A stretch of 64,000 nucleotides of DNA from an uncultured Verrucomicrobiae bacterium (GTDB lineage: Bacteria > Chlamydiota > Chlamydiia > Chlamydiales > Rhabdochlamydiaceae): the NCBI GenBank assembly GCA_963813135.1, contig CAWEXY010000021.1, positions 64,001 to 128,000 of the forward strand, written 5' to 3'. The notes beneath the pieces were generated by a model that was given only the letters and a program-made list of their open reading frames with translations, ran no database searches and had not been told where the DNA came from. The number at the start of each line of letters is the position of its first letter. Within the stretch, counting starts at the first letter, position 1. The translations under genes were made by a program, and so were the position numbers. Positions 1 to 10,490 of this stretch are shown piece after piece.

Positions 1-3
1 GGA

Positions 4-933
4 GTGAAGAACATCTCTGTCCCCGGCATCAACGCCCCCTATAATCCCTCGATTATAAAATACAAAGATCATTACGCGATGGTATTCCGCTACGATGTTT
101 TGGATAAAAAATGTAAGCAACCCTTTTATACTTATGTAGGCTGCACCGAACTAGATAAAAATTTTTACAACATAAGCAAACAGCCTAAAAAGATCGATAC
201 CGGCAGCAAATTTTCAGAAGATGCCCGCATCATCCAGTTAAAAGATGACTATTATCTCATCTTTAATGATCTTTCGCCTGCGCCCAACAATTACTACTGC
301 CGCACCATGCGGATGGCCCAAGTTGATTTAAGCACAGGCCAAACGAAAAATGCATCTAACTACGACCTTCACTTTAAACCCATAGAAAAGAATTGGGCCC
401 CTTTTGTCTACAACGACTCCATCCATTTTGAGTATTCCCTAAACCCCCATAAAATATTAGAAGTCCCAGATCCTAAGAAAAGCGATCTTGCCCATTTGAC
501 CTTTCCCAACAACCCCTATTTCCAGCATTTCTCCTGGCCGAGCACTTGGGGCGAGATGCGTGGAGGGTCCCCCGCCCAGCTCATAGATGGACAATATGTA
601 GGGTTTTTCCACAGCTTCTTTCGAGATAAAGATAATTTTGCTTGGTATGTCATGGGCGCCTACACCTTTGAGCCCACACCCCCCTTCCGCATCACCGCAG
701 TATCCAGCCATCCCATCTTGTTTCAGGGAATCTACGAAACTTCAAGGCGCAACACAGGCAATCCGCGCCACCATGTGATCTACCCCGGCAGTTTCGTAGT
801 CGAAGAAACAGCCGACCGCAAACTGATCCACCTCGCCTGCGGGGAAAATGACAGCACAATAAAAATCGTCACCCTCGATAAAGAAAAATTGCTCAACAGC
901 CTAAAGCCCGTTGCTCCCAAAGGGAAGTCTTAA
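4..933 (+). CDS. Five-bladed beta-propeller glycosidase/glycosyltransferase-like protein (GH130/PH1107-like); probably 5'-truncated by the window edge
   Basis: Motifs YNPSI, EDARI, EKNWAPF, RGGSP, GFFHS and GENDS; directly abuts a glycosyltransferase gene. Confidence 0.6.
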   Translation: MKNISVPGINAPYNPSIIKYKDHYAMVFRYDVLDKKCKQPFYTYVGCTELDKNFYNISKQPKKIDTGSKFSEDARIIQLKDDYYLIFNDLSPAPNNYYCRTMRMAQVDLSTGQTKNASNYDLHFKPIEKNWAPFVYNDSIHFEYSLNPHKILEVPDPKKSDLAHLTFPNNPYFQHFSWPSTWGEMRGGSPAQLIDGQYVGFFHSFFRDKDNFAWYVMGAYTFEPTPPFRITAVSSHPILFQGIYETSRRNTGNPRHHVIYPGSFVVEETADRKLIHLACGENDSTIKIVTLDKEKLLNSLKPVAPKGKS

Positions 934-2184
934 ATGCCCCGAGCGCGCTTGAGCATCATCGCCTCCCTCATTTGCTGCTTCGTATTCCTATCCTCGTTTT
1001 TCTTGGACAAACAGCCCGACCTGACCATCTTCGGCTTCTGCAACATGGCCGATGGCGTCGGCAGGCAATCCCCGGAACTCATCGAAGCATTTAAAGAAGA
1101 ACTCTCCATCAATTTTATTCCCACTCGTCAGAGCAAGCTCACCGACGTTCCCAAAAGCATCAAAAAAATCCTCAAAGGCAAAAATCAGGACCTGGGAAAA
1201 GTCATCCTCTTTGAAGATCTTATTTGGTGGCCCGGCGAAGAGAAATTTCGCAAGCTGGATTTGCCCGAGGCTAAAAAAAGCATCAAGATTGCTTACTCGA
1301 TGTTCGAGTCCACCCAAATCCCGCCCGAATGGGTCATCATCCTCAACAACTATTTTGACGCCGTTGCAGTTCCCGACCGATTTCTGATCGATGTTTATGA
1401 GAAAAGCGGCGTTAAGATCCCCATATTCGAACTTCCCCTCGCCCTCAACCTTGACAGATACCTCGCAAAACCCCTCAAAACCCATCGCCGCTCGCCCCTC
1501 GTCTTCGCCAACTTTAGCGCCAGCAGCGATCGAAAAAACCAGCTCCTTCTCATCCGCGCCTTTGCTAAAGCTTTTGGCGACCGCGCCGACGTCCTCCTCC
1601 GCATCAATAGCCGGTCCGGAGAACCCCATGTACGCGAAGCCATCACCAAAGAAATCGCCGAGCTCAACGCCACGAACATCGTCTTCACCCAGTTTAACTT
1701 ATCTCAAGAAGAGTATCTTAACCTCTTCGACCAGGTCGATTGCTACGTCAGCCTTTCCAAGGGAGAAGGATTTTCCATCCAACCCCGAGAGGCCATGGCG
1801 CTCGGCATCCCCGTTATCGCCACCGATAACACCGGACAAAGCACCATCTGTCAAAGCGGCCTTGTCAAGTCCGTCGACTCTCCTCATCAACAACCCGCCC
1901 TCTATCCTTGGGGCGATTACTATGGCTATTCCTTTAACTGCTCCCTAACCGATGCCGCCGATGCCCTGCGTGACATGTACGACCATTATGACGACTACCT
2001 AAACAAGGCCCCCATGTCCCGGACCTGGGCGAAGCAATATCAATACGAAGCCCTCAAGCCCCTCTACCGTTCTCTTCTCCATCCCCAAAAAGTCCTCCTC
2101 GGGCCCGTGAACCAGCTCACGCCCGACGGCTTGATAACCACCTCACCCGAACTCGCCGCAAAGTACCAAAGTCTGTTTCCTTAA
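934..2184 (+). CDS. Glycosyltransferase family 4 (GT-B) with N-terminal membrane anchor
   Basis: RKN motif; SKGEGFSIQPREAMALGIPVIAT (ExxxxxxxE) signature; hydrophobic N-terminus. Confidence 0.85.
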   Translation: MPRARLSIIASLICCFVFLSSFFLDKQPDLTIFGFCNMADGVGRQSPELIEAFKEELSINFIPTRQSKLTDVPKSIKKILKGKNQDLGKVILFEDLIWWPGEEKFRKLDLPEAKKSIKIAYSMFESTQIPPEWVIILNNYFDAVAVPDRFLIDVYEKSGVKIPIFELPLALNLDRYLAKPLKTHRRSPLVFANFSASSDRKNQLLLIRAFAKAFGDRADVLLRINSRSGEPHVREAITKEIAELNATNIVFTQFNLSQEEYLNLFDQVDCYVSLSKGEGFSIQPREAMALGIPVIATDNTGQSTICQSGLVKSVDSPHQQPALYPWGDYYGYSFNCSLTDAADALRDMYDHYDDYLNKAPMSRTWAKQYQYEALKPLYRSLLHPQKVLLGPVNQLTPDGLITTSPELAAKYQSLFP

Positions 2185-2226
2185 CATTTGTTATTATTTC
2201 TAGCGATCCCTTACAATCGCTTCCAT

Positions 2227-5124
2227 ATGACGCAGAGGTTGCAAGGATCGACACTTTCCCAGCACCACAAAGCCGCTGCCGCAGAAGCTGACAGCGAGCT
2301 TACCCGCTGGTTTGAGCGTTTTCCGCAAGGCCGCGATTCTCGCCTGTTAGAAAATTTCCCCATTCTCTTCCTTTTCGCCAGCACGGAATTTCTCGACCAT
2401 CGGGAACCTCACCATCTTTTCCGGCTCATTCTTTCTCTTCACGTCATTGAACAAAAGTTAGGCCGATGCCTGACCCAATCTCCTGAGAGCCGGCACATAG
2501 AATTTAAAATCTTCCCCGCAACTCTTTTTTATCCCTTTTCTTCCAAAAAAGTCCTCGGCTGCACCGTAGGAGCTTATCTTCCCGATCCCAATGACCGCTT
2601 CGATGAACAATCCCTTTTTGCCGCGATACAGAAAATCATCGGACCCGTCCACTTTATCTCAGAAAGCATCTACCGCCATCCTGTCAAAAATAAAAACTTT
2701 CATCTCCTTTATCTCGAATTGGAAAAAAGAGACGCCCCTTTCACCCTCTATCATCGAAAATCTCTCCAAGCAAACCTCAAACAACAGCTGCTGCACACCA
2801 TCCCCAAACTTTTTCCCGCCGTCTTCATGCGCCGCAACCAAGAAGAAGTATTTAAGAACATCCTGCTCCTAAGCCAGCAAATAAACTCTGCTCACGATTT
2901 GCCCCAGGTCATGATTTCATTGGAAGAACAAACTTCTGAAGAGATTATTTTTTTGATTACCCTTGTCACAGTAGAAAAACCTCTTTTCTTTGACCCCAAT
3001 CTCATCATTGAGCGCCAACAAGTCGTGCGAAACTTACCCTCCGGCGAAAGCCTAAGGGCTTACCTTCTGCGTCTATCCCTTCCGCGCGAACCCTCTCTTT
3101 TTCGATCCAATGGATCATTGAATTTCTATTCAGCTCGAGAAAAAGCCTCCAAAAAACTCCAATCCTTCCTTGGAGATTTTCGCGATTGCAACGGAGGCCT
3201 CCTCATCAAGCAAAGCGAACACTTGCAAAACCTTAGAGAGGCTTTTCCCTCTGTAGACGCCGAGCTAATAGAGACATTTTTTTATTCCTTATCTCCCTTA
3301 GAAAAGCAAGCGACCATTCCAACTCCCGCCCTATCGCAATTTTTTGCCTTCTTCCTAGAAGGAACACAGCTCCCCCCCTCCGAAACTTATCAAATCCGCT
3401 CCTCTGAGTCCCATGAGCTTTTCTTTGCCTCCATCCAAAGCATATTTTCTATGAACAAAGATATGCTCTCCCTCCCTTCTCATCCTTCTCTAATCGATAA
3501 AGAAGTCATCTCAAGCTGCACAACTGTTGGAGGCATGACATATGTCAGTTACATGATCCTCAGGCCCCAGCCCCACGATTGTACTAATCTCCTTGATCTC
3601 ATCCGCGAAACAGCCCAGTCATGGCACCACCAGCTTGCCAGCCAGAAAATCGTTCGTGTCGCCCTCGAAGACAAAATTTCCTCCCTTGACCCGCGCATAG
3701 GGGGAGACAACGCCTCTCCACCCATCCTCAAAATGCTCTTTGAAGGACTAATGAGGCTCGATCGAGAAGGAAAGATCCAACCCGCCATCGCACGTGATGT
3801 TTCAATTTCAAACGATGCAAAAAAATATACCTTCCATCTTCGTCCCTCGGTTTGGAACGATAAAACATCCCTCACCGCACATGATTTCGAATACTCCTGG
3901 AAAACACTCCTCTCTCCTCACTCTCAGACAGCTTTTGATTATTTCTTTCATCCCATTCTTTTTGCTAAAGAAGTAAAAAACGGAGTCCTCTCTCTAGATC
4001 AACTAGGCGTTCGCGCCCTTGATGACCTTACTCTCGAAGTCAAACTTGTCTTTCCCACACCCTATTTCCTCCAACTCACTGCCCACCCCCTCTACTCCCC
4101 TATCCATCGCCAAATAGATCAGCGATCCCCCGAATGGCCAAGTCAATCGGGTAAAGCGTACCCCTGCAACGGCCCTTATGAGCTCAAATTAAATCATCCT
4201 AACACCGGCTACCAACTCATAAAAAATCCCCTCTACTGGGATAGTGAAAATACACAAATCGACAAATTTGTTTTAACACATGTTCCATCTTCTCAAATGA
4301 CAAAGCTCTTCCAAAAAGGCGAGATCGATCTCATTAGCACCCCCTTAACATCGTACCATACTTTCCATTCTATAGAAAAAGATGCGAACAGTGTCTTAAT
4401 GTCTCAAAATATAGTTTGTTGGTGCGCCATCAATACCCAACAACCCTTTTTTTCTTCTCTTTCCACTAGACTAGCTTTAATGCGGGCTATTGATAAATCT
4501 GCTTTGGCAAATTCTCTTCCATTCCAGGCAATTCCTGCCCACTCGCCCATAGAATTTTCCCATAGCTCCATCAAGGAAGAAGTTAAAACACAATTTCAAC
4601 AAATGTCGAATTTATCGCTACCCCATCAGTTAGAACTAATCTATGACTCACAATCAGAGAAAGTCGTTTACTCTTTACAAAAAATGTGGAGAGATTCCTT
4701 GGGAATCGAATGTGATCTTAAACCTTTATCATGGGCTACTTTCTTTCATCATGTAACGGAAGGAAAATTTCAGTTAGCAGTCATTTCATGGACTTCATGG
4801 ATTGATGATCCTATTTACACCCTCAACGCTTTCCGGCACGCCCATGATAAAATTAATTTTTCCAATTGGGAAGATCCCTCTTTTCAAGCCTTGCTTGACC
4901 TAGCAGACCAAGAAATCAACCCCCATATGCGCAATCAATATCTTGCCAAGGCTGAGCTTATTTTGGCTCAAGAAATACCTGTGATTCCTCTCTACTATTA
5001 CAATAGCCAATCTTTCATGAGAAATGGCATCAAGATAGAATATCATCCGTCTCATGGTTTTTTTAATTTTATGAGAACGATCCAAACAAAAAGAGGTGCT
5101 TATGAGTTTCGTAACCAAAAATGA
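2227..5124 (+). CDS. Fusion of an ~470-aa unknown N-terminal region and an OppA-type (SBP family 5) peptide-binding domain; no signal peptide
   Basis: C-terminal half has SLDPR, LFEGLMR, YTFHLR..WND..LTAHDFEYSW, NGPY and AE.IL.QEIPVIPLYY; no lipobox or hydrophobic leader; ATG 2227 chosen over TTG 2188. Confidence 0.85.
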   Translation: MTQRLQGSTLSQHHKAAAAEADSELTRWFERFPQGRDSRLLENFPILFLFASTEFLDHREPHHLFRLILSLHVIEQKLGRCLTQSPESRHIEFKIFPATLFYPFSSKKVLGCTVGAYLPDPNDRFDEQSLFAAIQKIIGPVHFISESIYRHPVKNKNFHLLYLELEKRDAPFTLYHRKSLQANLKQQLLHTIPKLFPAVFMRRNQEEVFKNILLLSQQINSAHDLPQVMISLEEQTSEEIIFLITLVTVEKPLFFDPNLIIERQQVVRNLPSGESLRAYLLRLSLPREPSLFRSNGSLNFYSAREKASKKLQSFLGDFRDCNGGLLIKQSEHLQNLREAFPSVDAELIETFFYSLSPLEKQATIPTPALSQFFAFFLEGTQLPPSETYQIRSSESHELFFASIQSIFSMNKDMLSLPSHPSLIDKEVISSCTTVGGMTYVSYMILRPQPHDCTNLLDLIRETAQSWHHQLASQKIVRVALEDKISSLDPRIGGDNASPPILKMLFEGLMRLDREGKIQPAIARDVSISNDAKKYTFHLRPSVWNDKTSLTAHDFEYSWKTLLSPHSQTAFDYFFHPILFAKEVKNGVLSLDQLGVRALDDLTLEVKLVFPTPYFLQLTAHPLYSPIHRQIDQRSPEWPSQSGKAYPCNGPYELKLNHPNTGYQLIKNPLYWDSENTQIDKFVLTHVPSSQMTKLFQKGEIDLISTPLTSYHTFHSIEKDANSVLMSQNIVCWCAINTQQPFFSSLSTRLALMRAIDKSALANSLPFQAIPAHSPIEFSHSSIKEEVKTQFQQMSNLSLPHQLELIYDSQSEKVVYSLQKMWRDSLGIECDLKPLSWATFFHHVTEGKFQLAVISWTSWIDDPIYTLNAFRHAHDKINFSNWEDPSFQALLDLADQEINPHMRNQYLAKAELILAQEIPVIPLYYYNSQSFMRNGIKIEYHPSHGFFNFMRTIQTKRGAYEFRNQK

Positions 5125-5461
5125 AATTCAGTATTTTCCTATTATCGAACAAATAGAGTCCCATATTGCTTGGCATGGGAATATTACCGGCTTAGAAACA
5201 GAAGACCTGCTTCAAGGAAAGAATCCCTTTACCTTTGTAATACGCAAAGGGGAAAAGCTTATGAATTATTATGTTTCCTTTGTTCAAAAAAATGGATCTT
5301 TTAAACATCAGCCCCTCCTCATACGAGTAACCGCTGAAGGATGGTTCTATCGCAATACGTTGAATAGCCTACCCTCCTATCGTCCATTTGTGGATTTTCT
5401 CCATCGTATCATCCATTGCGACGAAGGAGAGTGCCAGCCATTACCCTGCGCACACAAATAA
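5102..5461 (+). CDS. Stand-alone SH2-like domain protein
   Basis: AWHGNIT..ETEDLL.GK.PFTFVIRKGE...YYVSFV...GSFKH follows the SH2 consensus WYHG.I.R.EAE.LL....GTFLVR.S....Y.LSV....VKH; GAGG RBS; overlaps the upstream gene. Confidence 0.75.
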   Translation: MSFVTKNEIQYFPIIEQIESHIAWHGNITGLETEDLLQGKNPFTFVIRKGEKLMNYYVSFVQKNGSFKHQPLLIRVTAEGWFYRNTLNSLPSYRPFVDFLHRIIHCDEGECQPLPCAHK

Positions 5462-6802
5462 ATGTCTCCAACATCTCATTCGTGGAGGAGTTATCTCCTC
5501 CTTTATCTTCCTATAGCCGGAACATCGTTCCTTTCGGCGCTTTTTCCTTTTTTGGAAAAGATCCTCCTCGGACGTTTTTCTACGCAATCCCTCGAAGCTA
5601 TCGTGGGTGCAACCACTGTTTTACTTATTTTTCAATTCTCCTGCATTAGCATCGCCGCCCTAACGCAAGTCGATATCGCCCGCTATGCCGGAGCCGGCCA
5701 AACCCAGCGCATAGGCCCCTGCATTTGGCAAATGATCTGGTTTTCCCTCCTTTCCATGATCATCACCGTTCCCGTAAGCCTCCTCTATGGCCATTATTAC
5801 TTCGCAAATACATCCCTCCGCGATCTTGCCCTGCCCTACCTCCACCTCATGATCGCTACGAATTTTCTTCTTCCTTTGGGCGCTGCCCTTTCCGCGCTTT
5901 TTCTTGGAACCCGCCGCGGCAAAGAACTCTTCAAAATCAACCTCCTCGTTCAAACCATCGGATTCTTCCTATCTCTCGTTCTCATCTTCGGACTTCCCCC
6001 ACTCATCCCACCCCTCGGCCTTATCGGAGCTGGCATCGCCTTCATCGCAACCCAGGTCCTTATCTGCCTTATCCTCCTATATAAATTTTTCAGCCTCCCA
6101 CCCACTTTTGCTACAACTGCATGGAAATTCCATCCCTCCCTTTTCTGGAGCTATATCCGCCCCGGCCTTGTCCGTTCCTTTATGCGCAGCTCTGTCGCAA
6201 CCGCATGGTCTCTCATATTCCTTGTTATCCTCCGAAAAGGCGAAGATTTTCTCCTTATCTTCACCGTCGGAGGCACCCTGTGGCCTATATTCAGCATCGT
6301 CGCCAATGGTATGCAGCAACTCTTAATCACCGAAGTTTCTCATACTGCTAACAGTCCTTATTCACTATCCAACACCTTGCGCCAAGGCCTCATTCTCAGC
6401 GCTCTCATCATTGTAGCTTCGGCTATTCCCTTTCTGCTATTTCCTAAGCAACTCTTCTATTTCTGCATTTCAACTCCCCTTGACTTTCCCCAAACTATTG
6501 GACTCGGGCTCTGGCTTTGCCTTTCCTTTAACATTTTCTTCGGTGTCGCAAATGCATATATTCTTGCTTTCAAAGACATTTTTCAGCTCCTTGTCTTAGG
6601 GAGCATCACATGGATACTTGATCTCGCATTACCTTACCTAATTTTCACCTACCTTCCCATCGCTGCTCCCCAACTTTGGCTTGTGCTCGCCTTTAGTATT
6701 TTTCTCACCGCCGCTATCAACAGCCTTCGCGCCCGTTTTCTCATACGCAAAGTCCTATCCCCAAAATCTCCATTAGATTCCATACCGATAATCCTTGATT
6801 GA
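5462..6802 (+). CDS. MATE family efflux transporter (paralog 1)
   Basis: About 12 hydrophobic segments; IARYAGAG motif; EKILLGRFS. Confidence 0.85.
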   Translation: MSPTSHSWRSYLLLYLPIAGTSFLSALFPFLEKILLGRFSTQSLEAIVGATTVLLIFQFSCISIAALTQVDIARYAGAGQTQRIGPCIWQMIWFSLLSMIITVPVSLLYGHYYFANTSLRDLALPYLHLMIATNFLLPLGAALSALFLGTRRGKELFKINLLVQTIGFFLSLVLIFGLPPLIPPLGLIGAGIAFIATQVLICLILLYKFFSLPPTFATTAWKFHPSLFWSYIRPGLVRSFMRSSVATAWSLIFLVILRKGEDFLLIFTVGGTLWPIFSIVANGMQQLLITEVSHTANSPYSLSNTLRQGLILSALIIVASAIPFLLFPKQLFYFCISTPLDFPQTIGLGLWLCLSFNIFFGVANAYILAFKDIFQLLVLGSITWILDLALPYLIFTYLPIAAPQLWLVLAFSIFLTAAINSLRARFLIRKVLSPKSPLDSIPIILD

Positions 6803-6839
6803 CCTTCCAACAATCTCGTACAATCCCCTTCTCAAATAA

Positions 6840-8225
6840 ATGAAAACGAGCAATTCCCTCTCTTTAGATCCTAAAATAGGAAGCATCAAACACCTCTTAT
6901 TTCTGTATTTTCCCTTAGTCGGCGTCGCCCTTCTCTCGACACTTTTTCCCTTTTTAGAAAAAATCCTTCTCGGCCGCTTTTCATTAGAGGCCATGGAAGC
7001 CGTCATCGCAGCCTCCACCGTATGCAATGTCGTAAAAATCCCCTGTATTACCGCTGCATTTATCGCTCAAGTTCATATCAGCCGCTTCGCGGGCGCCAAT
7101 ACCCCAGAACATATGGGCCCCTGCATTTGGCAGATGATCTGGTTTTCTTTCCTCTCCATGATCATCACCGTTCCAATAACCCTCATTTATGGGCATTACT
7201 ATTTTGCAGGAACCACCATTCGCGACCTTGCCCTTCCCTATCTTTACATCATGACAGCCGGCAATTTCCTCTTCCCCTTAGGCGCTGCTCTTTCCTGCTT
7301 CTATCTCGGAAATAGAAGAGGAAAAGAACTCCTTAAAATCACCTTCCTCGTCCAGTCCCTAGGCCTTTGCCTCGCCTGCGTTCTTATCTTTGGAATATCC
7401 ATTATCCCACCCCTCGGCCTCATAGGCGCTGCGCTCGCTTTCATCTCTACCCAGCTTCTGTTCTGCCTCATACTCTTCCGCAACTTTTCCAAATCCTCCC
7501 CCATCTATGCGCCCTCTTCCTGGAAGCTCCGTCCTTCTCTCCTATGGGAGTACCTGCGCACAGGGATAATCCGCGCCTTTTCCACCACGTCCACTCTATT
7601 TGCTTGGTCCGTGATATCGTTTTTTGTTATTCACAAAGGAGATGACTTTCTCCTTATCCTAACTCTGGGAGGCGCCCTTTGGGAAATCTTCTCCGTCCTG
7701 ACAGAAGGCCTGCTGCAATTGCTCACAACAGAAGCCTCCCAAATTATTGGAGGCCAGCAAAGATCCCTCATTGAGAAACCCTTTCGCATAGGACTCCTCT
7801 TCAGCCTGGGAATCTCAGTAGCTCAGGCCATCCCCCTGCTCCTATTTCCTCAACAGCTCTTCCACATCTGCTTTTCAACGCTCACGCTTTCCTCCACTTC
7901 GCTCAGCATCCTAGCCCTAGGTCTTTGGACATGTTTCACCCTGGATGCGCTCAACGTTGTCGGAGTTGGGTACATCCTTTCATTCAAAGACACATTTCAG
8001 TTCATCCTGCGAGGAATCCTCTGCTGGATTTTTGAAGTCGGCTGTACATATCTTATTCTCCATAACTTTTCCATCGAGGCTCCGCAGCTTTGGCTTGCCA
8101 TCAGCGCTGGCCACCTACTCGTGGCCATGGTGGCCCTCCTCCGCGGCCGCTTCCTTGCAAAGCGGTATGCCTCTTCCATAGACTTTCAAGATCAGCGTTC
8201 ATTGGAAGCTGAAATCCAACACTGA
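6840..8225 (+). CDS. MATE family efflux transporter (paralog 2)
   Basis: Tandem paralog of 5462-6802; shared LFPFLEKILLGRFS and GPCIWQMIWFS.LSMIITVP. Confidence 0.85.
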   Translation: MKTSNSLSLDPKIGSIKHLLFLYFPLVGVALLSTLFPFLEKILLGRFSLEAMEAVIAASTVCNVVKIPCITAAFIAQVHISRFAGANTPEHMGPCIWQMIWFSFLSMIITVPITLIYGHYYFAGTTIRDLALPYLYIMTAGNFLFPLGAALSCFYLGNRRGKELLKITFLVQSLGLCLACVLIFGISIIPPLGLIGAALAFISTQLLFCLILFRNFSKSSPIYAPSSWKLRPSLLWEYLRTGIIRAFSTTSTLFAWSVISFFVIHKGDDFLLILTLGGALWEIFSVLTEGLLQLLTTEASQIIGGQQRSLIEKPFRIGLLFSLGISVAQAIPLLLFPQQLFHICFSTLTLSSTSLSILALGLWTCFTLDALNVVGVGYILSFKDTFQFILRGILCWIFEVGCTYLILHNFSIEAPQLWLAISAGHLLVAMVALLRGRFLAKRYASSIDFQDQRSLEAEIQH

Positions 8226-8312
8226 TAAAAAAGTAGACCGCAGAAATCGTGTTAAAAGGAAATTGTCAAAACCGCATGCAAATTCTTGCCGCGGGTGTTT
8301 TCTCTTATGCCC

Positions 8313-9518
8313 TTACCAGATGGTAATTCCCCCGCGCACTGTGACAGCCGCGTCCAAGGATTCGCCGGGAAGGAACCCTTTTGTTTTCCCCCCAACTTGG
8401 AGAAAAAGCGAACCCGAAGAACTGAATTGCCTTCTCAACATAATCGAAGCTGCAACTCCGACTTTTGGATCATAGGGTGAGGATGGAAAAGCCTCTTGCA
8501 GCTCCCATTTCTCTCTAAGGCTTTTGTAGGAATACTTTTTATCTTTGAACGCTGTATGCGGTTGATACCAACCATCGAAGCGAACGCCCACTGCTGTTTT
8601 TTCGTCATGCCAAAGCAAAGAGGGATGCTCGAGGCCAATGCCTGGGTAGACGTGTCCCGAATGACGGCCATATCGCAAATAAGCATAGATAGGCTCATTC
8701 CCTTTCAGGAGATAATTTTCCAAATAGTATTCCGGACCAAAAGGAGTAAGGCCAAGACGCAGACCTGGAAGGTATCCATATTCCCCTACGGGAATCATAG
8801 GAACTGGCCTCTGATTGCCTCGGACAATGTAATCTCCCCAGCTATACATGGCAAGATACGTGAAGGGGTCTAAGAGATTGATCCAAGCCTGCCGCTTGAG
8901 GGATTTGATAGACAGATGATCATCTGAATAGACCTCGTTAAGCAGATCGACATAATGCTTAACATCTCCTACATCATACACAGAATCTCTCGTATGATGG
9001 GTATACCACGTCAAATCATGCTGCGAAGATAGGTAAAGGACCGTTGATCGTGGATCGAGGTTTTCATTTTTAAGCCAACTGAGTTTAAGGCGATTTGCGA
9101 GAACAGCGGTTCCTTCCATTCCTGCGGAATCAATTGCCAAACTTTGAAACGGGGTCCATTTGGGAGAACGCTGAAACATCGTATATCCCCCGCCATTGGC
9201 ATAGGGGAAAGGAACTCCAACGCCATACTTCAAAACATGTCCATGCAGGCTTCGAACACGATAACCATGCCCAAAAACTTCATGCTGCGCTGTAGACGCA
9301 TATCTGCCAAGCGGATCCCAGAAACCAATTTGTGTGAACAGGCGCTCATACCAAGGCGGCGATGCGCTACGAGCATCTAGTGCCCACTCGGCAACATGAA
9401 ATCCTTCGATGATATCTTCACCTCCCGCATAAGGCGAAAAATGGGGATCCATGATGAAGTTAAAATGATCCTCAGCGAAAAGAGCACCGCAGCACAGAAA
9501 TAAGCAAATGGTTTTCAT
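8313..9518 (-). CDS. Exported protein of unknown function with HEVFGHG motif; paralog of 17177-18400
   Basis: Signal-like MKTICLFLCCGALFA (start moved to ATG 9518); C-terminal beta-strand pattern ending in W. Confidence 0.7.
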   Translation of the reverse strand: MKTICLFLCCGALFAEDHFNFIMDPHFSPYAGGEDIIEGFHVAEWALDARSASPPWYERLFTQIGFWDPLGRYASTAQHEVFGHGYRVRSLHGHVLKYGVGVPFPYANGGGYTMFQRSPKWTPFQSLAIDSAGMEGTAVLANRLKLSWLKNENLDPRSTVLYLSSQHDLTWYTHHTRDSVYDVGDVKHYVDLLNEVYSDDHLSIKSLKRQAWINLLDPFTYLAMYSWGDYIVRGNQRPVPMIPVGEYGYLPGLRLGLTPFGPEYYLENYLLKGNEPIYAYLRYGRHSGHVYPGIGLEHPSLLWHDEKTAVGVRFDGWYQPHTAFKDKKYSYKSLREKWELQEAFPSSPYDPKVGVAASIMLRRQFSSSGSLFLQVGGKTKGFLPGESLDAAVTVRGGITIW

Positions 9519-10000
9519 GGTTATTCTCCGAAAGAAAAACCATGATCGCAAAACAACAAGCAACTATCAATGTAAAACAATGTGTATAAAATCAATTATA
9601 TTATTAATTCCTAATACGCAAATCACCTAGCATAAGCCAAGAAGGCGGAATCATGTGTTCGAGTGATTCATATTACTTTTCAATTTAAGTTTTATATGAA
9701 CATTTGTTTTAAATGCACTGATTTATGGAAAACAGGTCACATATCCGTTCTGCCAACTCCAAATCCACAATTTTCGAACTAATAGAATATAATTTAAAAA
9801 ATTACTAAAAAATTACACAAAACATAAAAAACCAAAAACTTACTGAAAAAATCAAAATAAACACATTTAAAATAAATTAATTTTTTGTCATCAAGCCACA
9901 CTTAAGCCTGTTAAAATATCTTGAAAATTGTTAACATCGTCGATGACAAAAGAAAAAATTAGCCAGTTTACTGAGTTCAGTTAAGGAGTAGGAGCGAAAA

Positions 10001-10477
10001 ATGAGCTATAAAAAAGACGGAAAATGTCATTGTGACGCTACATTGCTCACTGTTATCATAGGTTCATTTCGGAAGCATTTAGGAGAAATCATTAAACTTA
10101 AACAACAATTAGAGGATCGCCATGTAGCGGTGCTTTCTCCTATAGATGAAGATGTGGTTAACCCGAATGATGAATTTATCATTTTTAATTCTGACCCTGT
10201 CTCAGATCCAAAGCTTTTACAAGATTCTGTTTTCGCCAAAATTAAACGCTCTACTTTCGTCATAGTAGCTAACATAGATGGTTACCTGGGACGAGCAGCT
10301 ATCCTCGAAATCGGCTATGCTTTAGCTCTTGGAATAAGCATCTATACCTTAGAGCCTGTTGAAGACCCTCATCTTGTACCATATTGTAGGCTTCTAAGCA
10401 GTATCTTTCCTGATATAGAGATTGATACTACTTCAGACCAAGATTTGCAATTTGCTATAAGCGAAATGACCAATTGA
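10001..10477 (+). CDS. Nucleoside 2-deoxyribosyltransferase-like (NDT/TIR-like flavodoxin fold) protein
   Basis: IIGSF, VLSP, KIKRS.FV.VAN.DGYLG.AA.LEIGYALALG; AGGAG RBS. Confidence 0.6.
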   Translation: MSYKKDGKCHCDATLLTVIIGSFRKHLGEIIKLKQQLEDRHVAVLSPIDEDVVNPNDEFIIFNSDPVSDPKLLQDSVFAKIKRSTFVIVANIDGYLGRAAILEIGYALALGISIYTLEPVEDPHLVPYCRLLSSIFPDIEIDTTSDQDLQFAISEMTN

Positions 10478-10490
10478 GACAAGGATAACC

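Noticed and set aside
900..8225. Strong C/pyrimidine skew as a sign of foreign DNA
   Set aside because: A similar skew occurs in the RND gene; explained by strand and codon bias plus hydrophobic proteins
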